A DNA stretch of 64,000 bases from Girardia tigrina (lineage: Eukaryota). The first letter of the stretch is position 1. The number at the start of each line of letters is the position of its first letter. The stretch is taken from positions 1 through 64,000 of the forward strand of contig MQRK01239514.1 in the NCBI GenBank assembly GCA_001938485.1, written 5' to 3'. The notes under the pieces were generated by a model. It ran no database searches, had not been told where the DNA came from, and worked only from the letters and a program-made list of their open reading frames with translations. Below are positions 1-14,509 of this stretch, one piece after another. The translations under genes were made by a program, and so were the position numbers.

Positions 1-1
<1 letters not shown>

Positions 2-46
<45 letters not shown>
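2..46. repeat. (TA)n microsatellite
   Basis: Perfect AT dinucleotide run at window start. Confidence 0.95.
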
Positions 47-48
<2 letters not shown>

Positions 49-3000
49 GATTGTGACATAAATAATGTAGTTGCTACTTTATCACGAAATTACTTTTCGG
101 CTTCCGAAATACATTGCTTTCTTGTCGAAAGTTTGGAAAGAGTTAACTTCTTCAGCCTTTAAAGAATACTATATAGTTTTCAGGGGAATGGCGAACACTT
201 TTGGAGCGAAAACAAGGTCCAGAAAAACCAAGAATGAGCACTGCAGAACAGAAAGTCATATAGTAGATGATTGCTACCAAATCTGTGCAGCCATTTCAAG
301 AGACACAAGCATAGAAGGTACAAGTGATCTTCGTATATTGAAACAAAACCTATGAAAGAAGTCACTTTGCAGGAGACTGATTCAAACGATTTTATTGATA
401 ATAACAAGAGAATCAAAGTTACTTGCTGTCAAAAAATATTGGATATCTATTTAGAAAGAAGAGTTAAGGAACATATCGTTCTGATCTAAGAAAAATTTAT
501 TTATCTTCCTCCAAAAAAGTACAAATGTGTTTGAGTTGATGGGTGAGGTAATCATCCAATTATTGCCAGGTAGACAATATATGATAGTTAAGTTCTGATT
601 AACTAGTTCTGCAACGAAATTTGTAAAATCACTCACGTAATTTGAACTACTTCCCGACAATTGATCCATCAATACTGATAGATACTAACGATTTCTGCAG
701 AATATTATCCAATTTTTCAAACAATACTACTTGCTTTGAAAATAGTCATTCTGTTAACAATACCAGACTTCGCGTAAAATAATTGATTCAAAATTGGCTT
801 GAAGAACGTAGTGCATCGTTATAAAAGCAACCGGTCTACTCACGCCACATAAATCTAATGTATTGCTTTATTTTAAGGAATTACTTGTACTACAGACATG
901 AAAAAAGTGTCTGTAATTTAGAAAAGTTAGGCTACGAATTTCGCCAATATTTGGAGTCGACATGAGATGCCAAGCTCGCAGACTAGTGTAAACATTTTAC
1001 GTATCATATAAGCTCATGGAGACTAGTTTTGGCTATCTTATGATCTACTAATCATTTTAGTATAATAGTACAAGTGATTTTTATAAGTAAAATTTTCAAA
1101 TTGTATTTTTATTCAATTTCGATAAGATTTCATCGAAGTAGAAAAACGAATTTTTTGCCGGCTCCTATATTTTTTTACTTACATATTTATATATCATTTT
1201 ATACTCATATTTATTGTCTATATATATAACCGTATTTATTTTAATTTTATTTATTTATAATTTGCCGTGATCAAAATAGTATTTTGTTGTATTTGAAAAA
1301 AAACATTAATTAATAACGAAAAATCATTCTGTAAAATTATATTAATAAATTATCATTACTTACCTACCGTGGATTTTATGCTAAAACAGTTACAAGACAG
1401 ACTACTTAATTAAACCGAAAACATATTTCTGAAAGGTTTTACGATTAAATGTATCAAAAATCAGCCATATCTTAAAGAACGAGTGAACCGATATATTCCT
1501 ACCTTGAATTATTACCGTATTGCTACTAGGAATCATTACTTCGTTATCAGTTAACTTCACGAACATCCAAATAATTTTACCTTTTAAAAATCGAATTCCA
1601 AATTCAAATTTGTACAGTTGTCCAATTTGTATGTGTGAGGAATATTTTAAATTGTTTGAATGTGTAAATGTATGGATGCTGTATGTTGATTTAAGTATGT
1701 TGAATTAAGAATGGTGATTCTCCACCCAGATGGAAATTGGTATTTTTTATTTAAATTTAAAGTGATTGACTATTCGAACATAATTAAAATAATCATTTTA
1801 TAAGTTCATATTTCTTTAATTTCCCAATTAAAATAAGGTTTAATAATTTTTAGTAAAATTTAAATTAAATGCATTTTTAATAATTTGATGACATTTTTAT
1901 TATTTTGGGATTTATTGAGAAATTGTAAAAATTATTATTTTTTAATTAATATTTTTAGAGGTTAAATATTTTAAAAAAATAACTTAGAAAATTGTTCGAA
2001 TAATCATGATTAAAAACAGAAATAAGAAAACCAATTAGAAGGATGACAAACGATGAAAGACTTTCTGAGAGTTGTAATGACTCTAAATGTGATTGTAATA
2101 AAAATTCAAACGGGACTTGTTTAAATGTTCTTACCTGTTAAATAACTTATAGTTTTATCGTATATTTGGCACTGACTTTGTTTTAGTTTCACCGTGTGGT
2201 GCTCTAAAAATCAGCAACAAAGAACTTGTTATAAATTAGATGACGCCATTTTAAAATCATTTTTTTTATTGATGCAATATATTTCGATGGAATATCCGTC
2301 ATCATCAGGCGATTCTGATTGTAGCTGTTAAACTTATATATGTTAAAATGATGATTACACAATGAGTTATGCAATTACTGTTTCACGCACAAACTTTCAA
2401 CAAAGTTGATGTGTCACTTGACATTATCTAGAGTCATCACAACTTCCGAACAACATTCACAATTCAACGTTATTCTAATTGATTTTTATTTTTATCTTTT
2501 AATAATGACTATTAAAACAATTTGCTTATTTTATCAAATTGTAAAAATGCTTTTAAATTAAGATTTTAAACTTTCAAGACACAAATATGTTATAAAAACT
2601 TAACTTTAAAATTTTATAAACTTAGAAATATTGATCAAAACAACGTATATATGGAAGCAATGATTACATAAATTGATTATAGAAATATCTTAGGGCTGTT
2701 AGATTTTTAGCGGCTAACCATCTGTTTTGTAATTTCAATTTAATTAAAAATCACTTGTTTGTGTTCATTGTTTTGACGCTTAGTTTCTTGACTTTCGTCA
2801 TTATTAACAACATCAATATGAGTTTTACAACATTTATTAATATCACAAGCGCATTCACTATTTGACATTTTTCTTGATCGATATATTTCTGTGTTCATAC
2901 TAATTATTTTCAATAAGTGAAAATCTGTTAATAAAAATTAATAATTAAAAAGAATCTAATTGGTTAGAATTAAATCTAAACATTTGTTAAAAAAGAACAT

Positions 3001-3495
3001 ATTAAATTAATATATTAAAATTTTAAATTACATTAAAAAATAAATAATATATTCAAAAATTATTTTAAATCTTTTTACTTTAAAATTAAATTAAATTATT
3101 TTTAATTAGTAGGAATCAAAGGAAATACCAATCATCCATCTGTGTAGGAGAGGCACAATCCGAATCAACATAAAACATGCACAATATCAGTACACAATTC
3201 AAAACATTCCTCACAGCCAGATTGAGCTTTTTGACGTTCACTATTAAAGTGCTAGTATTTTTCTTTGTTTGTTTTAAATACATATATATATATATATATA
3301 TATTTGAGAATAATTTATGTTTACATGTTAGATGCTATTCACTGAAACAAATTAAGGTATTGCAATGTATGTTTTGTTTATTTTTTGAGACGTCTAATAT
3401 TCTCGGTTTTCATTAATATATTGTAAAATTAAATTAATTTTAATTTATTTAATATCTACTTAAAATTGTAAGTAGATCATAAAGTCGTTACACAC

Positions 3496-3892
3496 GGTTG
3501 TAGAACAAAATATCACATGGACAAAACTTAACAGGAGAAAATGTCACTAGAAGAAAATATCACAATTGTCAAGCATTACGAATGAAATTATTGCAATATA
3601 TGTTAAATATTTAAAATTTAAATGTTAATTGTGAGGAATGTTTTGATTGTGTCTCTCCAACCAAGATTGTTGATTAATATTTTAATTCTTATTATTTAAA
3701 ACTAATTTAATTTGAATGTAGATTCTATACGTTTCAGTACCCTAATCCCTAACCCTAACAATAACTCTAACACTAATCATAACCTAAACCCTAACCCTAA
3801 CTCTAATAATAACCTTAACCCTAATGCTAAAGTTATTTGTGATATTTTGTCCTAGTTATGTTTTGTACCAGTGATGTTTTTTTCCGGTCACC
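3496..3892. mobile_element. Mutator/MULE-type MITE with subterminal repeats and internal degenerate (CCCTAA)n
   Basis: 9-bp TSD GTTACACAC at 3487-3495 and 3893-3901. Ends GGTTG.../...CACC. Inverted arrays of ~15-16 bp units (ggacaaaatatcacta-like) at both ends. Telomere-like hexamers at 3740-3830. Confidence 0.8.
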
Positions 3893-6164
3893 GTTACACA
3901 CAAACAAACAGACAATCAACATTGGGTTAATCAAATATAAGAAGTCTCCCCTGGCTGTGACAGATAACTGTATATACATAGTAAATTAGCAGTGCGCCAT
4001 ATACTCTGTATCGGATGGAAACCTCAAGAAAAGCCAAGAGCTTTTGATTCTCTCACAGATTTGGATGTGAGAGTGCGAGCCTTAAGTGCATGGGATAGAT
4101 ATATTGAAATAAGGACCACTCATGATCCTTTGCATAATTGCTTTGAATCGCTTTCAGGGTATCTCTATGTTTTTGTTCTTAGATCGATCATGTATTTAGG
4201 TTACTATTGCTACAACTAACATTTACTCGATGATCAACTAATATATGCCTTTACAACCATTCTTTGGTTTTATAACTTTTTTGTCAGTTCACTACAAAGC
4301 ACATATAAGAGCCTCCACCTCTCGGTACATTCTTTTTGTCTTTTTAATTGTTAATGGTCAGTGAATTCTTTATAGCAAGAAGGGAATGTACATGTTCAAC
4401 AATCGTTTTCAGTTTTTTCGGTTACAGTCCCAATAATTTTTAAATATATAATTTTTAAAATTATTGTGGAAAGTAAAGTGTTAGGCCTTATTAATAAGAT
4501 CCATAGATCCGAAAACTAATATTCAAGTTTCACATTCAACTTCTCTGTTAAAAAAATTTCAAATAAAGCCTTTGTGACATAATCAATTGCACAATCAACC
4601 CTTTCAAATATACACTGCAAAAACTAATGATAAATTTGTCTGACGATGGTGCGTAATCTGCCAAAATTAATTACAATGGATTTAAAAAATGATTTTAATT
4701 TTTTTTAATAAATAAATACATAACTAAATAAAAATTATTTTTTAATAATAGTTAACAATAATAATACATGAAAAGTATTATACGTACATATTATAATAAA
4801 ATTATTAGATGTTCTTGGAAATCCTCGGAATTATTATTATGAGTTACTTCAGACATTCAAATTTTATTATATAACACAAAAAATGTTTAAATCAAATTTA
4901 ATTTAAACAATTTTTTTGAGAAACAATTTGTTTTATAAATCTTAAACCGATATAAATAAAAATACTTTTAATATTAATATTAATAATTTTAATATTAATA
5001 TATTTGATTTTATTTTAATTTTATAAATCAATTTCAAATTACGATAACATTTTAAAATATGTAATCGTTTCGTTTAATTTTATTAATATTTTAAAAATCG
5101 TTACACATAAAAATTATACATTTTAAATTTTATATTATATTTAAAACTCTCAAAAATTTCAATTATTAACAATTTAATTAGTTTTAGAAATTTCTTTTTC
5201 AATCTTTACATATTTAAATATATCTAAATTTTAATTTATACATATTAAATTTAATTTTAATTTAAAAATTTTCCTAACATTTCTAATTCCTAACAAAAAT
5301 AATAATAAAAACATAAAAATCGTACAACCTACTTATGACTCGAAGTTGACATAATCAAATTTTTCAATCTCACAAGAATTGCTGTTTTGTAAATTGAATG
5401 AAAACATGCGGCAAGACTAAATATAAAACTTTTATTTTTAAGATAATTTTTTATTCATTTTTTTTCTAATTTTCTCAATATATTATTTTATTTATTATGT
5501 CAGACACCGCCAAATCGCAAACCTACTGTAACTCTTTGATGCTCTTAGTGCGACACGTGTACGTAAAATGAAACAACAAATAATATTTTATCCATAAATT
5601 GTTCCTGATTTTTTAGAAATTTTGAATTATTCTCTTTTTAAATAAAATTAAGATCAAAGTATTGAGTCATAAAAATTTTTTTTGAGTCATGGTTTTCATC
5701 GATTATATAGTGATTCGTAATAAATGACATTACGGTTTGTTTTGATTCGCGATATGTAGATGGCTCGAACTTATTCAACGCATTCAGAGTGCCACACGAA
5801 TTGATTCCTGTTGAAATTAAAAGTGCTTATGAATGTCTGAAATTAATTGCACGCCTGGAAGATTCTTTTCCAAATGATACAAAAGCTTAGAGGATTATTT
5901 ACTGTTAAAATCACCAAAGTCCCTTCCCACGAAGCTTTTCAAAATTTAAGCTGATAAATACTTAGCTAAGATAATTTTCGCCGCCATCACCTACCTCGAC
6001 TTTAAAACAAACTTAAAAAACCTATTTGGTAAATTTGTTACAATCTTCAACAAATTACAGACTTCAAAAAATTGCAGTATGAATGAATGGTTGGAGAAAA
6101 GCAGAATAATAACTCTCTCCTCTCCTGCCAGCGAACGCAAAAAACAATGTGAGTAAAGTTTATA

Positions 6165-6755
6165 CAGTAGAACATCTCAAAAGTCTCACTCTCTATAGTC
6201 ACACTCTCCATTGAGTCACAGTATTTATCATGGTTTTAACGCTGCCTTGTTTTTGTAGTCAGGGTGACGACGCATTGCGGTCGCATCCCGTCCGGTCCGT
6301 ATTCAGTGAACCGGTTCCACGGAACTAACTGGCGTGCACCACGGAGGCTACTGGAAACTGATGGATTGTGCACCTTCTGTCGGTACCGGAACCCGAGAGC
6401 GAGAGCGTCCTTCGGATCGTCTATCGGACGGTCCTGTCGAGAACAGAAGCACGAGCGATAATTATTGTACAGAATCTTACAGAATCGAGATGGCTCTCGA
6501 TAAAAATATAACAGGCGGCCATCTTGTGTGAGGATTCCAGGAGAAGTCCGACACAATGGCGGTCGGGCGCTCGGTTGTGATGAAGACCATTCGAGCTCGC
6601 AATTAACAGTAATAAATCCAATAATTATTGATATCGGAAAAGAAGACGTGTATCAGACAATGACAAGATTTATTTTCAATACACATCAATTGAGTCGACA
6701 TTTTTTTATACGTTCGAATCGCCTCACTTTTCTCTTCACAGAGAGTTTTTTTCTA
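6165..6755. mobile_element. pogo/Tigger-like MITE (degenerate right end) carrying a GC-rich insert
   Basis: TA|CAGTAGAAC start; subterminal repeats ctctatagtcaca/attgagtcaca/attgagtcgaca; degenerate right end gagagttttttcta. Confidence 0.45.
6254..6610 (-). mobile_element. GC-rich LTR remnant related to the LTR at ~50105-50455
   Basis: CpG-rich island in AT-rich DNA. gacgacgcattgcggtcgcatcccgtcc resembles the reverse complement of ggacgggacaaccgcattgctcgtaac (~50303-50329). No TSD found. Confidence 0.45.
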
Positions 6756-7164
6756 ATCATGTTAATTAATATTCATTTTAGTAATTTCAAAATCAAAATC
6801 GAGATCCAAAATTAAATTTATAATTATTTTTTCTTTTTTGCTTTTAATTTACTAATTCCATTTTCGTTTTTAATTAATTATTTCGAATAGTGAAATCTAT
6901 TCTGTTTTACTTTTATGCAATTCACTAGACTTTTCTTTTGGCCTTCTGCTATTTAAAATAACACATACATTTTGCCATTCTGTGGTTGCTTTTTTTGGTC
7001 ATGCCAGTTTAGTATACTTAACTGTTTTAATTAATGTTTTCATGTTGATATTTGCATTTAAAATAATACTATGGCCAACACTGAATTGTTAATTTCCTTT
7101 CTCAAATGGTACTTGAAATGAGCACACCATAAGACAGTACATTAATGATAAAAACGGGATTCAA

Positions 7165-7372
7165 CCGCTTACCTCGATTAAGCGGCACCCTCGATTATGT
7201 TTCTGTCATTTTACCACATTTATCAATATTTACATCTGCATCTTTATTTATAGGTAAATACCCATTTTTTAGAAAGGCGTTTGATCTCAATTTTTAATAA
7301 AAATGAAAAAAAACTTTACACAAAAACCTTACGTTTTAATAAACGACGCGCCGTTAATTCGAGGAAATACGG
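7165..7372. mobile_element. pogo-family MITE
   Basis: Imperfect TIRs ccgcttacctcgattaagcggcac / gcgccgttaattcgaggaaatacgg|TA. Confidence 0.6.
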
Positions 7373-7927
7373 TATTTTCTGTCACAACATAACCTCCTAC
7401 ATATTCTATAGACAAGAAAATACCAGAAATAATCGATTATGGAGCCCCACTTGAGCCCAATTTAACGTTCTGGGCCGGCTACGGCCCTGATCGCACTTGT
7501 TCTTTTTTGCGAGCAATATAAGTAGATGTGGAACCAATATATATGAAGTACAACGTCATTCAAAATTTGAAATTGCTAAACCATTTTTTAGCCATGTTAA
7601 ACGTTTAAGCTAGTTTCATGATAATTATTTATTTTGTTTTGCATCAACTACCTCATTCTTTTCTCTCAAAATTGTTTCCCCGTTGTCTTCCAAACTCTTA
7701 CTATTATTTGTGTTCTACATCATATATCGTAATAATTTTCCGTTTATTTAAAACAATTTTTCTTAAGTTTCAATTAAAAATTTATATTACACAATGTGTA
7801 ACACAAAACAATCAAGATACACATGAAAAGATTTTAATTCATTGGCCGTCTTGTGACATTAATCGCATTATTTATACAAGAACAAACATTAACACCGCCA
7901 CGTATACATATAAATATATCTCAAAAG

Positions 7928-8800
7928 CAGGGGGGTAACTAAGGGGGGGATAAAGCGAATCAATCCCCCCTTCGAAATATTTTCAAAAAATTTTACATGC
8001 TAAAATTTCACTAACAGTTACAAATATACTAAAAATTAATTTCGATTAAATCTTCCTTATTTAATAAAATTCTAGATGGTTTAAAATTTAATAAGATACA
8101 TATTAATATTTCAAAACAGGAAAATACTATGAAGATGAATATTTATTGATTTTAAATTTCCCAGGAACTTCAACGAGTATTAAAACAATTCGACTTTATT
8201 TTCATAATTCCATAATTAGAATTTTATCTAAAAGAAAAAAATGACTAAACGTTAACAATTTTATTTAATTTTAATTAATTACCTCTTATAAAAATAGTGT
8301 TCATGAAAAATTTAATCTGACTCAATAAAAATTTGATTTTAGCATCACCATTAAGAGGCAAGAGGATATCACTGATTTCTTTGCATCGAGCATAAAGATG
8401 TCTAAATCCATTTCTAAAAAGCGAATAAAAAATTAAATTTAAAATCAGTATTGACTTCTACTTTCATGCCTTCTATTCTTCTACTGACTGAAAATGATGC
8501 ACCCACCTCTTCTGACGCAAACACTTCAGATCCTGTGGTGCTTCACCATTGCCGCCCAAGTTCACTACAGTCAGATATCAGTATTTGTGACATTCGTTTG
8601 TATGCTCAATGAAAGGGTCGAATATTCAACCATAGTGAGAAAACAACGTTACTGTTGTCACCGTAGACTCCTACATTTTCTGTCAGTAAAAGAAATTTAC
8701 GTTTTCAAACAAAGTGGTTTGATAAATGGCTGTGGTTGACCTTTTCTCACAAGTTACAATGTACGTTTAGTCAATTCTGTATCGTGTTTGTTAATTAATT
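7928..8800 (+). mobile_element. hAT (Tip100/ZMYM1-like) element, 5' fragment with TTF-type zinc-finger remnant
   Basis: CAGGGGG...AGGGGGGG hAT-like end. 8688-8795 translates KRNLRFQTKWFDKWLWLTFSHKLQCTFSQFCIVF, matching the F..KWF..WL.YS....FC..C.LF pattern of ZnF_TTF. Confidence 0.65.
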
Positions 8801-10323
8801 CCAAAAAAGACGCCATTGTTTCGTAACAACCTCAAACCTTTAAATTTTTTTATTTAATCGAGTACATAACTTTTATTTATATATCAGCATCAAAAGTTTA
8901 GAGATAAATAATTGGATAATAAAGTTGAAACTGTTAAATTAAAATTATTTTGTATATTTAAATATAAAAATTTAATTTCAACCAAATTATTGTCTTTTCA
9001 AATATCTTTAACTGATCATAAATTAAAATTGACATTAAAAACTTTAGATCGCTCAAACATAATATTATTTCATTTTCTTAAGTAAAATAATATCGCTCTT
9101 CAAACAATTTATTTATTAATAATATATTATTTTAAAATAAATTTACGTTCCATGTTTAGCAATCCTTTTCTTTAAAGTATTTGTTTTGTACCAAATTCCC
9201 TGATAAAATTAGTTATGTGTTTGCTTATTTGTTTTAGTTTGTTGAAATTTATATAAAGTTTTTGGGATATTTAATACTTTAATAAAATTAAATTTACGAA
9301 CGAAGATTGTAAATAATTTCGTGCTTTACTTTCATTAATTTCATTGAAAAATAAAATTAAATTTATTAAATCTTTAAATATTTTCAAAGATAATAGAATA
9401 TTAAATACATATTGTTAGAATAAAAAATGTATATCAATATTTATATACCTAATATTATAATTTATGCATAGAATATTTATGGATTCCAAAAATTCTTAAA
9501 GAAATTCTCTTAAAATATATTTGTTTAAATATTCCAAAGGCGCAAATTTTTAATTGTTAAAATATAGTATTGCGGAATTATTCTGAGCTTTGATTTATCA
9601 TGGAAACTCCTTACACATACAGAATATTAAATAAATAATTAAATTATGAAACAATTCAAACAATATGTTGATAATTTCAAAATGAATATTAAAAACTTTT
9701 GGGTACTTGTGTATCAATAAATGATAATCTACCAATTATGTATTAGAATGAGATTTACAAATGCTTTTTAACATCATGAACAATTTAATTTCGTGAACCT
9801 ATCCTAAGTTTTTTTAAATAAATTATTCCAACTTCTGACACCAGAATTATTACAGAAAATGATGCTTAAAAATTATTATTCAATCAACAAACTTCCTTCT
9901 CCATATTGAATATATATAATATAAGACGTGACCGTCGTTCCTTCTTTAAGGTATTAAACCTTGTGGGGATCAACACAGTACTGCTCCACCTGATAACTAG
10001 CATTATCACAACATTACTCAACCTGATTGATTCATCAAACATCACAGTAATGCTATCGCTCTATCGACCGCAGATATACAATGTTTTACAACTGTTAAGT
10101 AGATCAGTCTCATAGCCTCTCCACCCAGAATAATAGCTAGGCCTTGAAAGAGGACCGCTACACCACTAGTATTACCAAATACTACCGGTTTCAATAAAAA
10201 GTAAAAGTTTGTACATTAGATTGTATGTATTATTGTGTGTGATGGTATATTTGCTTCATTTTAAAACACATGTATATATAGTATGCGATGTGTTACAAAA
10301 ATGAATATTGAAAATGAATATTA

Positions 10324-11130
10324 TTAGGTTGGCCAAAAGGTTCTAATACACCATAGAAAAAAATATATGTTGTTGCCAAATATTATTTACACTATATAAT
10401 CTATTCATCAAACTAAAGGCTTTCATTGTCCATAACCATTTTTCATCGATATTCTAGCTAACGGATCCGCTCGAAGTACCATATAAGCTTCTTTCAATCA
10501 AGGAACAGGTTGCACGCTTCATCGACTTTGTCAATTGACTGGAATTTTTATCCTTTCATGAAATGCTGCATTGAAAAAAAGAAACATAATCACATGGGGC
10601 AAAGTTTAGACTATAGGATGGATGTGGCAGAACTTCGACTCCATCCATTTCTTGGAATATATCCTTGGCATAATTGACTGTGTAGAGCTTAGCATTGCCT
10701 TGCTTTATTACGACACGCTTTCGGTTGTTAAGAGTCGGATACTTAGACTTCAACTTGTTATAAATACGTTCCAATTGTTGACAAAACAATTCGGAAGTGA
10801 TGGCACGACCATTTAGAACCAATTTGAAATATACAATTCCACTAGACGAAAATTATGATCTGCTTTGTGAATTAATTGTGCTTCGAAACAGACGGCGTTA
10901 ATTGACTCTTCTGAACCCAAAGCGGGTCCCAATTGTGGTTTGCAATGCACACCCATTTTTCATTTGATATGGCAACCATTTTTCAAAAATGACCGTCAGA
11001 AAGATAATCGAGCAATTCATGCAAAATTTCTTGTCTTTTGACAGTTTGTGTTCAAGTTAACTCATGTGGATCTAGTCTTGACTTTCAGTGCACAAATTCC
11101 AATTGGCAGAAATCACGGGAAAGTCATTCG
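10324..11130 (-). mobile_element. Decayed mariner (DD34D) element, 3' part
   Basis: TA|TTAGGTTGG TIR. ORF 10556-10822 has QGNAKLYT and LPHPSYSLNFAPCDY, degenerate HDNARPH and YSPDLAPSDY motifs. Frameshifts and stops present. Confidence 0.85.
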
Positions 11131-12442
11131 AAACGGCCATTTACTGGTATAACAACACTCGCAATGAAAGCGGTGTAATAACAAATTTCTCAATCTGTAA
11201 TTACGAAATTAGACTGTCTAACTTGTGGAATAAAATTTTCGCTGAATAAATTATTACTAATTACAAATTTTCAATAAATGATTTCATTTATATTAAACAG
11301 CAGATAAAAACAAGGTTCTATGAGAGGTGAATTCCAGGTGTAATTAAATGGTAAAATGGGATAAAACATATATGGTGGGAAAAGACAATTGCTGTTTTCA
11401 AAAGACAGGTTACGAATCTATGACCACGGCATGACAGATTCATCAGTTCGTCGACAATGGAAGTATCAGACGACGATGACGAAAATAAAAGTCCAGAGGT
11501 AACAGACACGACTGGAGCAAGAGGTCAAACAACCAAACGAAGTTAGAGATTAATTAGACCGCCGATTAAGTTTAATTATGGAATCATGTATGAAGAAAAA
11601 ATATTTAATAAATATTTAATCGCGTTTTTATTTATTGTTTGTGTGCTACAAGACCAAATTCTCATATTACTGTATTTAAAATGATACCAAATTTTACATT
11701 TTTATTTATATATTAAAATATGTATGTATAAAATATGAATATATAAGAATGTATTTATACATACATAATTTATTTATTTTTTATCCAAAATTTTGAACAG
11801 TTAAATTCGATTATAAAATATATTCATTTCAATAAATAATGAAAATATATTAATTAAATATTAAATTATTTTTTTAAAATAAATTTAATAAATAACAACA
11901 ATTAATATTTTTAAATAATTTCTTGAAAACAAATAAGAAAAAAATGTTTTATTAAAATTGAAAACGACGTTTTTTTTAAAAAAATCGTTTCATTTTCAAT
12001 TTTAAAATTAGATTTTTTGTTAATAATTCAATTCATCTATGATCAAGTATTTATCTTAAACCCAGTTTCCTCTGGATGTCATTTGTTTGAAGTGATCTTG
12101 TAAATTACAATTTGCCAATATTACAACAATTTAACAGAAAAAAATTGACGTGTTTAAGGAAGAATTTTTTTAATAGTTTCTATGAAAAAATTAATATATT
12201 TAATTTCAAATAATTAATGGGAGAATTATTAAAATATTTTAAAAAATATTCATTTAACAAATTGGCATTAGTTAATTTAGTAAAATTATTATTCTTAATT
12301 ACTATTATTATTTTTTAAATATAAAATAGATTGTCGCGGTGCCGAGTTGTCCGTTGTCTGGACACTATTCTTTGCTAATTTCGACGGATTCAGTATTGGA
12401 TATTGTAGTGTCCACATTTACCGATCAAATTACCCTCTACTC

Positions 12443-14058
12443 AAATTTCCAACCCAAATCGTTTGGTGGACCAAACATAAAATTACTGAGCTGAGATGGC
12501 CGCACATAAAAAAATAAAACAAGAAATTATTCAAAATATTTTATTATCGTTTAATTAATTTGGCACTTGTTTTTGTATATCACTTCAGATTTTTTTAATA
12601 TGAACGGATAATTTAGTTGAGGCACATCGTAGTTGATTGATAAAGTTATCATCGAGTAACCTGCTCTGATACTTTCTTTTTAACAGGTTTAATTTTGAAA
12701 AAAATGATTTGCAGAGATCAGTAGTTCCAAATGCTGATGTAATGCACATTGATAATCGTTTTAAATTTGGATATTTATCTTCAAGGATATATTTCTGATA
12801 AAATATTTATCTTGATAACAATCGATAATCAACATATTTTCACCTTGTAAATTTTTATTTAGTTCAGTCTGTTTAATTGTTATATCAGTTAGAAAACATA
12901 AATCTAGAAGCCATTGATCATCTGAAAGTTTATTTATGTATAGCCATGATTGTTCATGAAAGTTTTAATTTCCAAAATCGCAATAAGCATGCTTCCGCGA
13001 CTTAACCCCGAAATTTGGTGTGAAAAGAAGATCGCCATATTCAGATTCGAGTTCACTAAGATATTGTTGAAATTTACGTTGCCTCAATGAACTGTTTTTA
13101 ATTGAATTAATAGCCTTGATAACAATTGTCATAACATGAGACTTATTCACACTTGTGTACATAGATTCTAGAGATGCAAAAAACAATGGAAAAGGAACAT
13201 TTTAAAATCTGTTAAATGTACGAAGTTGTTTGTAATTGTGTTTAGCGAAGCACAGATCTCGCTCGAAATGTTTTCTATTTGTCTTTCTACAATCTGACGT
13301 GACAGACTAATTTAAGTAAAAAAAAATATTCATTTTTTCTGGACATATTTCTTTAACTGCGGCAATAAGACAGTCTTTGATATGTTTAATGTCTGTAAAA
13401 GAGTTCAAATTCTGAACAATAATGTGAGATACTCGAAAGCTAGCATTGACAATACTCTTTGATTGTGCAGTTTGATTATGAAATATATTTTTCTGGGATG
13501 TTAAATTGTTTTTCAAAGATTTTAAGATAGTTTTCCGTTCACCAACGGTAAGTTTATCAATTTCGCTATGTTTCGCTATATGAAACGATGAAATTACTGT
13601 GCGATGAAATTACAGTGATCCTAAAAAACAGGATGTATCACTATTTTACCTCAAACGCAGATTACGATTACAAAAAAGTTTAATGTCGATTACATTGCAA
13701 TTGGTTTGAATGATATAACTGTCCAGAAAAGAAATAAAGATGACGTTTTTAATTATTAAACGAAAACTCAAATTTTTCACCAACAGTTTTTTTTAATTTA
13801 TTTAAACAAAATCAAAATTGTTATTCGATACATAATTTTGAGGAATATTATTCTTGATTTAAGAACGTAATTGATGTGTGAGGAAATAATCTAAACTGTA
13901 ATAATAATAAAAGTTGTAAAAATGTGAATTCTCTGAACAATAATAATTTGGATCAGTTAACAGTTACAATAAGGTAGACAGATTAAAACATTAATTGGGA
14001 TGCCAAATTTTTCAAATGGGCCGCATGCGGCCCATGGGTTGCGGTTTGGGCACCCCTG
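12443..14058 (-). mobile_element. hAT Charlie/SPIN-like (GTF2IRD2-type transposase) element, internally deleted
   Basis: End CAGGGGTGCCCAAAC...GGGCCGCATGCGGCCC on minus strand. Near-TSD CTCTACTC/CTCTACTG. Fragments HVMTIVIKAINSIKNSSLRQRKFQQYLSELESEYGDLL and ASFRVSHIIVQNLNSFTDIKHIKDCL. Confidence 0.85.
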
Positions 14059-14509
14059 CTCTACTGCATGCATAAATCGATCACAACGTTTTTGTAGCAG
14101 AATTTGAATTATTCTATTCAATGCGCGTTATGTATTGCTCAGACGAAAGTGAAAACAAATTTATTTATTTATTTGTTTTGTATTTCGGCACTTGTATACA
14201 AACAATTATTTTTTTGATAGTATCAAATGATTTTTTAAAATGTGATATCCTCCATTTGGTTGAAATCTTAACAAACTTTAATACTTCGCTGATAACACAA
14301 AACGTATTGATTCTATTATAGGTATAAGTTTCTCCCAATTTTCAATAACAGCTGCCGCCACTGATATGAAATATTGTCAAACAAAATTGATAAGGCGCAA
14401 ATTTTGCGTTCCCATTAATTAAGAAAAATTATTTATATTAAAATGTAAATCTTCCATTTATAAAAAAATCAAATATTTATCTATTCTATATTTTATTTCT
14501 TATACGTCT

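Noticed and set aside
60-900. Decayed minus-strand coding-like region with a hydrophobic stretch (GCTDLVAIIYYMTFCSAVLILGFSG), vaguely Tweety/prominin-like
   Set aside because: Many stops and frameshifts; similarity too weak to name without a search.
6236-6621. Overlapping short ORFs in GC-rich islands (also 30866-31272, 39584-39880, 50168-51709)
   Set aside because: Expected from low stop-codon frequency in GC-rich LTR sequence; no protein motifs.
11400-11590. RS*RLIRPPIKF, resembling a Gypsy integrase tail
   Set aside because: Too short and no clear PPT/LTR to delimit an element.
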